DNA of 64,000 nt from an uncultured delta proteobacterium. GTDB taxonomy: Bacteria > Desulfobacterota > Binatia > Binatales > Binataceae. The notes under the pieces are model-generated. The model had not been told where the DNA came from. It saw only the letters and a list, made by a program, of their open reading frames with translations, and searched no databases. How positions within the stretch are numbered: the stretch's first letter is position 1; every line of letters begins with the position of its first letter. This document shows positions 51,436-59,344 of the stretch, piece by piece. The stretch is taken from assembly GCA_963794325.1 (NCBI GenBank), contig CAWCDG010000004.1, forward strand, positions 576,001-640,000, read 5' to 3'. Made by a program: the position numbers and the translations under genes.

Positions 51436-52143
51436 CTACTCCGCCAGCATTGGGTTTGGTTTTGGGAAACCTAGTTTTGTGAGGGCCTCGTCGAGGGTGC
51501 GGATGTCTTCAGACGGAGTTGGTGCGTGCTCGGCCAGATCGTCCACGCGGCGGCGCATTTCTTTTAGTTCTTGGTAGAGACTGCCGGATAGGCGCGCGAT
51601 CACGACGAAGCAAACCCACGGGATTACTACCAGCGCCACAATCGTGATGATGATCATAAGGCGGGCTTGCGACTCCGCGTTGTTGGCGACCGCTATCAGA
51701 GCCGCGTCGTCGAGGCTCATCAGGTCTGCCACGCGGCCTTGCAGTTCGCGGAGCTTCGGCTCGAGGCTGTCGTCACTTGGCGACGCGGTGCGCATCGCAT
51801 CGAACAGCGGGCGCGCGTCGTTGGCGATTTTTTCGATCAGCTCCGCCTGCTCGCGGTTCGACATGTGCTCGCGTGCGATCTCGATTTCGGAAATGAATCC
51901 GCGCTGCTGGTCCATCACGATTTGCGAGGCGTCGGGCTGGGTGCGTCCCCAATCCATCTTGTAGAGGGCATTCTCCATGCCGTGGGCCGAGCGCGCCGCC
52001 GCATCCTCGTTCTCGTGAATCTCGCGCGGCAGCGTGCCGAGAATGTGGAATGCGCCTGCAATTACGGCGGCCGCGAGCAGCAGAATCGCCGGCGCGATCG
52101 CAGCGATGAAACGGAGCTTGGTAACGATAGTCAGATTGTTCAT
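51436..52143 (-). CDS. Two-TM protein with periplasmic helical (4HB sensor-like) domain and no output domain
   Basis: TM, helical periplasmic region, TM, short HAMP-like tail. Confidence 0.7.
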   Translation of the reverse strand: MNNLTIVTKLRFIAAIAPAILLLAAAVIAGAFHILGTLPREIHENEDAAARSAHGMENALYKMDWGRTQPDASQIVMDQQRGFISEIEIAREHMSNREQAELIEKIANDARPLFDAMRTASPSDDSLEPKLRELQGRVADLMSLDDAALIAVANNAESQARLMIIITIVALVVIPWVCFVVIARLSGSLYQELKEMRRRVDDLAEHAPTPSEDIRTLDEALTKLGFPKPNPMLAE

Positions 52144-52252
52144 GCGGCTTCTTTTTCGTTCCTGTGGTTGTTTCAAAAGGATGCCCGCGACGGACGCGAA
52201 AACGCAACGCCCGATGTGACCTCGCCGCGCCGGTATGCGATAATCCGCAGCG

Positions 52253-53140
52253 ATGAACTTTGCCGACCGCCTTGCGGATGCATCGCGCGCGAAAAACAGC
52301 GTCGTGGTGCTGGGTATCGATCCTCAGCTCGACGGGGCCGGCGCTCCGGGAATCCCGCATGGTTACACGCTTGCGCGCTTCTGTTGCGAAATCGTCGAGG
52401 CATGCGCGGGTTCCGCAATTGCGGTCAAGCCGCAGCTGGCGTTTTACGAGGCGCGCGGACTCGAAGGGATGCGCGCGTTTTGCGAGGTCGTCAAGCTGGC
52501 GCGGAAACTCGGACTGATTACGATCGCCGATGCGAAGCGCGGCGATATCGGCACGACATCGGCCGCTTATGCAGAAGCGTTTCTCGGCGACGGCGACTTC
52601 AATTGCGACGCGGTGACCGTCAACCCGTACCAGGGCAGCGACGCCGTGATGCCGTTTATCGCGAAGGTGAGAAGTGGCGGCCGCGGCGTGTTCGTGCTGG
52701 TGAAGACATCGAATCCATCGTCGGGCGAATTTCAGGATCTCAACGCGCCAAGTCGCCCGATTTGGGAATCGGTGGCCTCGCGAGTGAACGGATGGGGCGG
52801 CGATTTCATCGGCGATAGTGGGCTCAGCTCGATCGGCGCGGTGGTCGGCGCGACGTATCCAGTGCAGGCGCGGCGCGCGCGTGAGCTGATGCCACTCGCG
52901 ACGATCCTGGTGCCGGGATACGGCACGCAAGGTGGGACGGCGGCTGACGCGGTCGCGTCGGCGCGCGCGGACGGAAGTGGATTCATCGTGAATGCCAGTC
53001 GGAGCCTGCTCTACGCATATCGGACAAAAGATGGCGCCAGCCCGATCGAGGCAGCCGCCGAATACGCCGAGTCGATGCGCCAGGAACTTAACGCCACACT
53101 CGCCGCCCGCAGCACAGAAGGCCCGAAGCACTCCGCATAG
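52253..53140 (+). CDS. pyrF: Orotidine-5'-phosphate decarboxylase
   Basis: LGIDP, KPQLAFYE, DAKRGDIGTT, KTSNP, VVGAT, LVPGYGTQG. Confidence 0.96.
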   Translation: MNFADRLADASRAKNSVVVLGIDPQLDGAGAPGIPHGYTLARFCCEIVEACAGSAIAVKPQLAFYEARGLEGMRAFCEVVKLARKLGLITIADAKRGDIGTTSAAYAEAFLGDGDFNCDAVTVNPYQGSDAVMPFIAKVRSGGRGVFVLVKTSNPSSGEFQDLNAPSRPIWESVASRVNGWGGDFIGDSGLSSIGAVVGATYPVQARRARELMPLATILVPGYGTQGGTAADAVASARADGSGFIVNASRSLLYAYRTKDGASPIEAAAEYAESMRQELNATLAARSTEGPKHSA

Positions 53141-53225
53141 AGCCTTGCAGCACCGAACAACTGCATCTTTAGTGAAACCCTCCGCGGGTTTCACCCTTCC
53201 GCGGCAGGGGTGACCCCTGCACCCA
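53133..53225 (+). repeat. Left ~93-bp direct repeat (pyrF stop plus REP-like hairpins)
   Basis: CCGCATAGAGCCTTGCA...AGTGAAACCC..GGGTTTCAC..GGCAGGGGTGACCCCTGCACCCA aligns with 56325-56417. Confidence 0.85.
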
Positions 53226-53409
53226 AGTTCATCGTCACCTGGGCATCGCGCGAACGTCGGTGCATGTCGAATCGTAAGTCGCAACAACCCACCACACGCG
53301 ACTTCTCATCGCGGCGGCGCTGGAAACAACGTGTGAACAAAAAGAGGCCTATAATCTTGTACAGGCGCGCCATTTGATCTACAAGACGAGTTGAAATCGG
53401 AAGGGGAAG

Positions 53410-55905
53410 ACGGAAATCCAAGCACAAGCTGCTCCTCCACAGCCGCCGGAGGAGGTTAAGATACTCCACTTCTCCGATCCGCATTGCGGGTACGGATTCA
53501 AGGACGACCAATGGAAGGATCTGCTGAATTGGTCGGAGAATAACAAGCCGCACTTGATAGTAGTCTCAGGCGATTTCGTCAACAGCCCTTGGCGATGGTG
53601 CTTCCGTGATGCGAAGCGAAAAGTAGAGAAGCTGCGCGAGAAAGCCGGGTCCCCTGAATGTCTTACAGTGCCGGGCAATCATGACACTCGTATCCTCGGA
53701 ATCGTTCCCGTTGCGTGGATCTATCCTTCTCTGATCACCGCCGCTGCTGTTCTGACAGCGGTAACCGCCTTCGGGATAGTGTCGTCTCGCAGTTGGTATC
53801 TTCTGATAACGGTCGCGATTCTGATCGCTCTTAGATTTGCCGTGAGCGGAACGTTGTCGGCCAACCAGGGCGTCCGTATTCTTGGAACCGTTCGAGTTGC
53901 CTGGATCGATCCCGCACTGTTCGCAGCAGCGGCCGTTCTGACTGCCACTGCTTTTGGTGTAGTGCCCTACCTCGGTTGGTACCCGCTGATTGCCATCGCT
54001 GTCTTGATCGTTCTCAGATTTGCCCTGATCGGAAAATTTGAATCCTACTTCCCTCAGGGGGAACACCTCAGAGTGTTCGAAAAACTTGGGCTTGAGACCT
54101 TCACTTTTGATTCCGCATCCGTCGGTCCGTATTGGGCACAAGGGCTGATTGCGCCTCGACAGTTTATCGATTCTAAGGAAGAGTCAAAGAAGCGAAGGGA
54201 GGCCGCTCCCGAATCCCGGCCGTTTCGCATCGGCGTACTACATCATCACGCGATGCCGATCCCTTACGAACAGGAAGCAGAGCCAATGATGGTCTTGCGT
54301 AATGCTGGCGCATTGCTTCAGCAAGCGGCCAGTCTAGGCATCTCGCTTGTCCTCCATGGCCATCGCCATCGCTTCGGCTTTTCGCGAGTGACCGTCACAG
54401 CGGACGCTGAGGACTCCAAGGAGATTGCGGTTCTATCAACGGGTTCGGCTACGGCGGGAACTGAAGAGGACCATAATTTTAATCTAATAACGGTGAACCG
54501 TTGGGGCGCAGTGAAAATCACCCCGCACTGGTCGCACAAAGGATCCCCTTTCAAAGCGGCTCCGTCGTTCTGGGCTCGCTCGTTCGAGGACGCGGCACGC
54601 CAGTTTTTTCAGGTCAATGAACAAGCTAAAGGCTGCTATTGCGCTCGCACCTACAACACATTCGACATCAACGCGGAGGGCGACGCCCAACAATCGTTGG
54701 AGTTCTGTGGGTTACGCCCAATTCGAGGGCGCGGTATGGATGAAGTGCCGGGGACAATTGGGGCAGGTTCGACGGTCGGCCATCTGGAGCGCATTCGTCT
54801 CAAAACGCTGGTTTCTTCCGCAGGTCAGCAGATAATTCCTGAAAGCCCGAGCCGAACGCTCCGCACCTACTCGGCTAAGGTCAGATTTGAGCCTCCGCTG
54901 GACTCGGCGAACGAGCCGGTCAATTTCGCGTTACGATATTACGCGATCAGCTCGTATGCGATGTCTGAAAGGCAATTCAGAGAGATGTACCCCCCAAGCC
55001 CAATACAACCGACAGAATCTTGTTACGCAACGGTCAGCAATATTCCTACCGCCGAACTCGTGATCATTGTCCGGCTGCCTGAGGGGTTTAAAATCAAAGA
55101 TAACGGGAACCCTGGGCTCTCAGTGCTTCGTCTGGACGACAGCGCCGACATCGAGTTGCAGGAAGCTTTGCGAGGCAACCTGCGTTACGATCCGATTCTT
55201 AATCTCATTACCATGCGAGTTCCCTATCCTCCGCTCGATCGCGCTTATCGTCTTGAATGGCCTCTTCCAGAGGTGTGGCCGCTCCCCAAAGGGCTTTCGA
55301 ACAAGCCGGCCAGCCTGAGCCAAAAAGGGATGACCACCAAGGCGGCCACGAAAATGCTGAAACTGACAGAGTCAGATCCATACAACAGCCCGCTGAATAA
55401 GCTTGGGCCAGAGATACTTCAAGTTGCAATTGAAGCATTCGAGCTTGCTCAGGGCGATTCCACGCTCGAGTTCAGCATAATGGCATACGACCCAGAAAAG
55501 CTCGCATTGCGTGTGGCGGCCGCCAATTTTGCTGACCAGAAAGATCCTCGATGGAGTTGGCCGCTACCGTACGGTGATGGAATCGCAGGGCGCGTTTATA
55601 AGAATAATTTCGCTATGGTGGTTGTGAGGCAATTCGCCGTAGATAATGGGTTGCCATTTTACTATCTGCCAGTTAATGACCAGTTCGTTTCCGACAACGG
55701 AGGCGAGATGCCAGCGGTGATGATCTCGGTTCCACTTTGCTGCAAAGAAAACCCAGAGGAAATGTTTGCAGTGCTGAGTATTAGTTCGAACGATCCGGCG
55801 TGCAAGCTGGTTGATGTCACAGAGGAAGAAATGCGAACAACCAACAGCAACTTTGCGCAAGCGGTGGCGAACGCTTGCCTCAGGATATTCGAGACGATAG
55901 CATGA
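53410..55905 (+). CDS. Calcineurin-like metallophosphoesterase with inserted duplicated TM hairpins, central beta-rich domain and C-terminal GAF-like domain (start codon non-canonical or uncertain)
   Basis: In-frame ILHFSDPH upstream of the track start, SGDF, GNHD, LHHH, HGHRH; GDGIAGRV...ISVPL...AVLSISS GAF-like end. Confidence 0.8.
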   Translation, partial: TEIQAQAAPPQPPEEVKILHFSDPHCGYGFKDDQWKDLLNWSENNKPHLIVVSGDFVNSPWRWCFRDAKRKVEKLREKAGSPECLTVPGNHDTRILGIVPVAWIYPSLITAAAVLTAVTAFGIVSSRSWYLLITVAILIALRFAVSGTLSANQGVRILGTVRVAWIDPALFAAAAVLTATAFGVVPYLGWYPLIAIAVLIVLRFALIGKFESYFPQGEHLRVFEKLGLETFTFDSASVGPYWAQGLIAPRQFIDSKEESKKRREAAPESRPFRIGVLHHHAMPIPYEQEAEPMMVLRNAGALLQQAASLGISLVLHGHRHRFGFSRVTVTADAEDSKEIAVLSTGSATAGTEEDHNFNLITVNRWGAVKITPHWSHKGSPFKAAPSFWARSFEDAARQFFQVNEQAKGCYCARTYNTFDINAEGDAQQSLEFCGLRPIRGRGMDEVPGTIGAGSTVGHLERIRLKTLVSSAGQQIIPESPSRTLRTYSAKVRFEPPLDSANEPVNFALRYYAISSYAMSERQFREMYPPSPIQPTESCYATVSNIPTAELVIIVRLPEGFKIKDNGNPGLSVLRLDDSADIELQEALRGNLRYDPILNLITMRVPYPPLDRAYRLEWPLPEVWPLPKGLSNKPASLSQKGMTTKAATKMLKLTESDPYNSPLNKLGPEILQVAIEAFELAQGDSTLEFSIMAYDPEKLALRVAAANFADQKDPRWSWPLPYGDGIAGRVYKNNFAMVVVRQFAVDNGLPFYYLPVNDQFVSDNGGEMPAVMISVPLCCKENPEEMFAVLSISSNDPACKLVDVTEEEMRTTNSNFAQAVANACLRIFETIA

Positions 55906-56108
55906 TAGTTGAAATGACTAAGATTTCTGAATCGCTATTTGCCATGCCGATGGGGAAAGCTGACCCGCAGAAGGTGCGGGAGTTGTCCGACCGCCTTTTT
56001 GACGCCTACCTGAAGAGGAGTGGAAAACAGGCGCAGGTTATCGTAGCCGACAACAGCAATGGGTTGAACTCGGACGTTCCTGACGATTCCGGGAAGGCCA
56101 AGCCCTAG
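55902..56108 (+). CDS. 68-aa hypothetical protein coupled to the phosphoesterase
   Basis: ATG overlaps the upstream TGA (ATGA); MIVEMTKISESLFAMPMGKADPQKVRELSDRLFDAYLK. Confidence 0.55.
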   Translation: MIVEMTKISESLFAMPMGKADPQKVRELSDRLFDAYLKRSGKQAQVIVADNSNGLNSDVPDDSGKAKP

Positions 56109-56324
56109 TTTTTCCCGCTTCCCGTCTGTCCCCAATTTTATTACCAAGCGAGGCTCTATCTCGCAGTCTGGCCGAGCCACACCCCGCGTATCTAGGCTAC
56201 GCCCGTCCAAGCGACCTGCTGCGACAGGACGCGCGTGGGGGGTGAGTGTCAATCAGGCCGCCTTTACGGCTTTAGTAACTGAACGCGGCAATCATCGCGC
56301 GGCGGACAGATGGGCTGTCGCATA

Positions 56325-56417
56325 CCGCATAGAACCTTGCACCGCTGAAGAACTTAATCTTAGTGAAACCCGCGGTGGGTTTCACACTTCCTTCGGCAGG
56401 GGTGACCCCTGCACCCA
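56325..56417 (+). repeat. Right ~93-bp direct repeat
   Basis: CCGCATAGAACCTTGCA...AGTGAAACCC..GGGTTTCAC..GGCAGGGGTGACCCCTGCACCCA. Confidence 0.85.
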
Positions 56418-56462
56418 GTGAAATCGCGAAATGTTGAGGACAACCTTTCGCTCTCCGAAGCG

Positions 56463-57533
56463 TTAGGGCTTTAGAAGGACCTTCATTGCGTTGTCTTTTT
56501 TGGCGTTGAAAATTTCGTAGGCTTTGGGGGCGTCGGTTAGAGGCATTATGTGGCTTATCAGGGGGCGCGGATCTAGCGTGCCTTTTTCTATCAGGCGGGA
56601 TAGGTCCGGGATGTGCGCGTTGATGTTGGCGAGGCCTATCTTGAAGGTCAGGTCGCGCATGAAGGCGTAGCCCATTGGGAAATTGAACGACTGGGAGGCG
56701 AAGACGCCGATTACTGAGACGGTGCCACCGCCGCGTACCGCCATTATTGCGGAGGTCAGTGCGCCATCGTTGCCTACTGCCTCGATCGTTACGTCGGCGC
56801 CGCGGCCTTCGGTGCGGTCGAGTATCGTTTGACTTGCTTTTTCAGTGTCTACCGGGAACGCACCGAGTTTGCGCGCTAGTTCCAGGCGATAGGGGATGCT
56901 GTCCACTGCGATTACTTCGGCGGGGCCGAAGAGTTTCGCACTCATCACGGCGCATAGGCCGACCGGGCCGCATCCGAAGACTGCGACCGTGTCGCCGGGG
57001 CGGATGTTGCCGTTGATCGCGCCGAAGTAACCCGTCGGCAGGATGTCGGCGAGGAAGACTGCACAGTCGTCGTCGATTGCATCGGGCAGCGGGTAGCAGG
57101 TGTAATCGGCCATTGGGACGCGCACCGCTTCGGATTGCTCGCCGCCCAGCCATCCGAGCTTGCCGGCGGCGCTCGCGCCGTAGCCGAATACCGCGGAGCC
57201 GCTCTCGAAGCATTGCGAAGGCTGCCCGCGCCGACAGAAGAAGCATCGACCGCAGGCGACCAATCCCGACACCACGACGCGCTGGCCTTTCTTCAGACGA
57301 TCGACGCCGGCGCCGACTTCCTCGATCACGCCGACGCCTTCATGGCCCAGCACGAAGCCGGGCTCGATGGGAAAATTGCCGTGATAGTAGTGGAGGTCGG
57401 AGCCGCAGATTCCGGCGCGGGTGATTCGCACGAGGGCGTCGGTGGGCGTTTTGAGTTCGGGGTCGTCGACGCGCTCGACGCGCACGTCGTGAGGTCCGTG
57501 GAAGACAGTTCCTTTCATTGTACCTTTGGACAA
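56463..57533 (-). CDS. Zinc-dependent alcohol dehydrogenase (formaldehyde dehydrogenase-like)
   Basis: GICGSDLH, LGHEGVG, CGRCFFC..C, LADILPTG, GCGPVG. Confidence 0.93.
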   Translation of the reverse strand: MSKGTMKGTVFHGPHDVRVERVDDPELKTPTDALVRITRAGICGSDLHYYHGNFPIEPGFVLGHEGVGVIEEVGAGVDRLKKGQRVVVSGLVACGRCFFCRRGQPSQCFESGSAVFGYGASAAGKLGWLGGEQSEAVRVPMADYTCYPLPDAIDDDCAVFLADILPTGYFGAINGNIRPGDTVAVFGCGPVGLCAVMSAKLFGPAEVIAVDSIPYRLELARKLGAFPVDTEKASQTILDRTEGRGADVTIEAVGNDGALTSAIMAVRGGGTVSVIGVFASQSFNFPMGYAFMRDLTFKIGLANINAHIPDLSRLIEKGTLDPRPLISHIMPLTDAPKAYEIFNAKKDNAMKVLLKP

Positions 57534-57587
57534 CCTCCGCGCACGGGTTCGGAGAATAGGCAGAATCCTGAGTTCCGCGCAAAAGCG

Positions 57588-57638
57588 CCCTCACCCGCTC
57601 CTTCGGCGCGGCCTCTCCCGCAACAAAGCGGGCGAGGC
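57588..57638. repeat. REP-like element
   Basis: CCCTCACCC...CCTCTCCCGC-AACAAA-GCGGGCGAGG hairpin in a divergent intergenic region. Confidence 0.5.
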
Positions 57639-57741
57639 GAATAATCAGTGGCGCGGGACGCCACATCCTAATTTGGGGCGGGTTTGCAGAGGCGGCGAAG
57701 GGCGTGGTAATTCCAGAGTTCCTGATACGTTGGAGGTTCCT

Positions 57742-58206
57742 ATGTTTCAAAACGTGAAGAAAATTCTTTCGCCGATCGATTTTTCAGAGCACTCGATGGA
57801 AGCGATGCGCGCGGCGATGGAAATGGCGAAGGACGTCGGCGCCGAAGTTCACCTGATGCATGTGATCGCGCCGCATCACATCTTCATCCCGCTGCCCCTG
57901 GCTACCAGCGGCGAACAGAGCCGCGAGCTTGCGCGTGAGGCCTCGATGATCGAGCAGGCGGAAGAAGAACTCGCGCGCATCAAGAAAGACGAGTTCGGCG
58001 ATTCGAAGAATGTCCTCACGTACGCAGTGGTCGGCCATCCGGTTCAGAAACTCGTTGACTACGCCAAAGAGCAGGGCATCGACTTGATCGTGATGGCGAC
58101 GCACGGACGCAGCGGCGCCGAGCATATGCTGCTAGGCGGAACGACCGAGAAGCTGGTGCGCAACGCCCCGTGCTCGGTCCTGGTGATCCGTCCGCGCAAA
58201 CAGTAA
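57742..58206 (+). CDS. Universal stress protein
   Basis: ILSPIDFS, DLIVMATHGRSG..LLGGTTEKLVRNAPCSVL; GGAGG RBS. Confidence 0.94.
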   Translation: MFQNVKKILSPIDFSEHSMEAMRAAMEMAKDVGAEVHLMHVIAPHHIFIPLPLATSGEQSRELAREASMIEQAEEELARIKKDEFGDSKNVLTYAVVGHPVQKLVDYAKEQGIDLIVMATHGRSGAEHMLLGGTTEKLVRNAPCSVLVIRPRKQ

Positions 58207-58281
58207 TCGAGCGATAACGTCAATTCCCGGCGGTCGCGAGCGCATGACGCGCGGCCGCCGCGGCGCCATTGGAGATTTGGC

Positions 58282-58680
58282 ATGAACCTCGAACAGCAGA
58301 AGGAACGCGCGCTGGCTTTTCTCAAGAATTTCGAAAAAGCAGATCCGAAGATTTTCGCCGATTTGATTACGGACGACTTCGAATTCGAAATGATGGGGCG
58401 GCTGCCGGGAGTCGCGCCTGTACGCGGCAAAGAGGCTTACCTGAAGGGCACACCGAAGTTGCTGAAGGCGATGTTTCCCAACGGCTTGAACATGAAGTTC
58501 CATTCGACGATCGCCGAGGGACCGCATGTCGCGATTCAGGCTGAGTCAGACACGACGGCCGGCAACGGGAAGAAATACGCGAACTTCTATCACTTCTACT
58601 TCCTGTTCAAGGGCGACAAGATCGCGCAGGTTCGCGAGTACAACGACGTAAATCACGTGCGCGAAGTCTTCATGAGCTGA
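58282..58680 (+). CDS. SnoaL-like / NTF2 family protein
   Basis: IAEGPHVA, GKKYAN.YHF.F, KI..VREY.D. Confidence 0.9.
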   Translation: MNLEQQKERALAFLKNFEKADPKIFADLITDDFEFEMMGRLPGVAPVRGKEAYLKGTPKLLKAMFPNGLNMKFHSTIAEGPHVAIQAESDTTAGNGKKYANFYHFYFLFKGDKIAQVREYNDVNHVREVFMS

Positions 58681-58857
58681 TTTCGAGCGCTTCGCGATCT
58701 CAGAGGCCACTACCTGCTCCCCCGCTCTTATCTCTCCCCCTCAACACGGATTTCGATTCGGTCGCTCAGTCGAAAATGACCCAAACCGGAAGTGTGGTCA
58801 GCGGGTCGCGGAGAATTGGATCAGCGGATAATGGGCTCAGGGAGCCACTCAGAGCGG

Positions 58858-58932
58858 AAAAATAAGGGCCAGGCAGATTGCTCTACCCGGCCCGTAGCCA
58901 ACCGGGAAAAGGGGGGCAAACCCCGGCCAGCA
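58858..58932 (-). ncRNA. Candidate stand-alone small RNA (~75 nt)
   Basis: Promoter TTGCAA-N16-TAGAAT; hairpin with C-rich loop (GUUUGCCCCCCUUUU); terminator GGGCCGGGUAGA-GCAA-UCUGCCUGGCCC-UUAUUUUU. Confidence 0.6.
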
Positions 58933-58938
58933 ATTTGT

Positions 58939-58966
58939 ATTCTATACAACTGCGCGCGTGTTGCAA
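58939..58966 (-). promoter_or_regulatory. Sigma70-like promoter of the sRNA candidate
   Basis: -35 TTGCAA (58961-58966), 16-bp spacer, -10 TAGAAT (58939-58944). Confidence 0.6.
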
Positions 58967-59018
58967 TAACAATCAGGACGGCTCGTTTTATAGTTTTTGA
59001 GCGCTCTTTTGCTCGGGC

Positions 59019-59288
59019 TCAGACCCGACCGCCGCCTAGCGCGGGGATGAAATGCACTTCGCTGTCCTCGTTAACAGTGTCGAGGACGCCGCCAGTCGCG
59101 ATTTCCCCGTCGATCGACACCGCAATAGACGGCCGGATGTCGCCTTCTTGTAGTAACTGCTGGTCTATCCCTGGAAACTGATCGCCAAGTTCCCGGACGA
59201 TCTCGCGAATTGATTTTCCCGAGACGTTCACGCGCTCCCGGCCGCCGGTAAACTTGCGTAAGAGTGCGGGGATGACAACGGTCGGCAT
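59019..59288 (-). CDS. MoaD/ThiS family ubiquitin-like protein
   Basis: VVIPALLRKFTGG, IAVSIDGE, C-terminal IPALGGGRV. Confidence 0.88.
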   Translation of the reverse strand: MPTVVIPALLRKFTGGRERVNVSGKSIREIVRELGDQFPGIDQQLLQEGDIRPSIAVSIDGEIATGGVLDTVNEDSEVHFIPALGGGRV

Positions 59289-59291
59289 TGC

Positions 59292-59328
59292 AAAATTAAA
59301 AGGGGCGAGCGATGTACGCCCGCCCCCT
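59292..59328 (-). terminator. Intrinsic terminator-like hairpin between the xdh large subunit and the moaD-like gene
   Basis: GGGGCGGGCG-TACAT-CGCTCGCCCC followed by TTTTAATTTT on the minus strand. Confidence 0.6.
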
Positions 59329-59344
59329 TGTTGATCACTCCCGA

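Larger units (their letters stand above)
53133..56417. mobile_element. Small horizontally acquired island bounded by direct repeats, no integrase
   Basis: Flanking direct repeats; visibly more AT-rich with atypical codon usage compared with neighbours. Confidence 0.6.
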
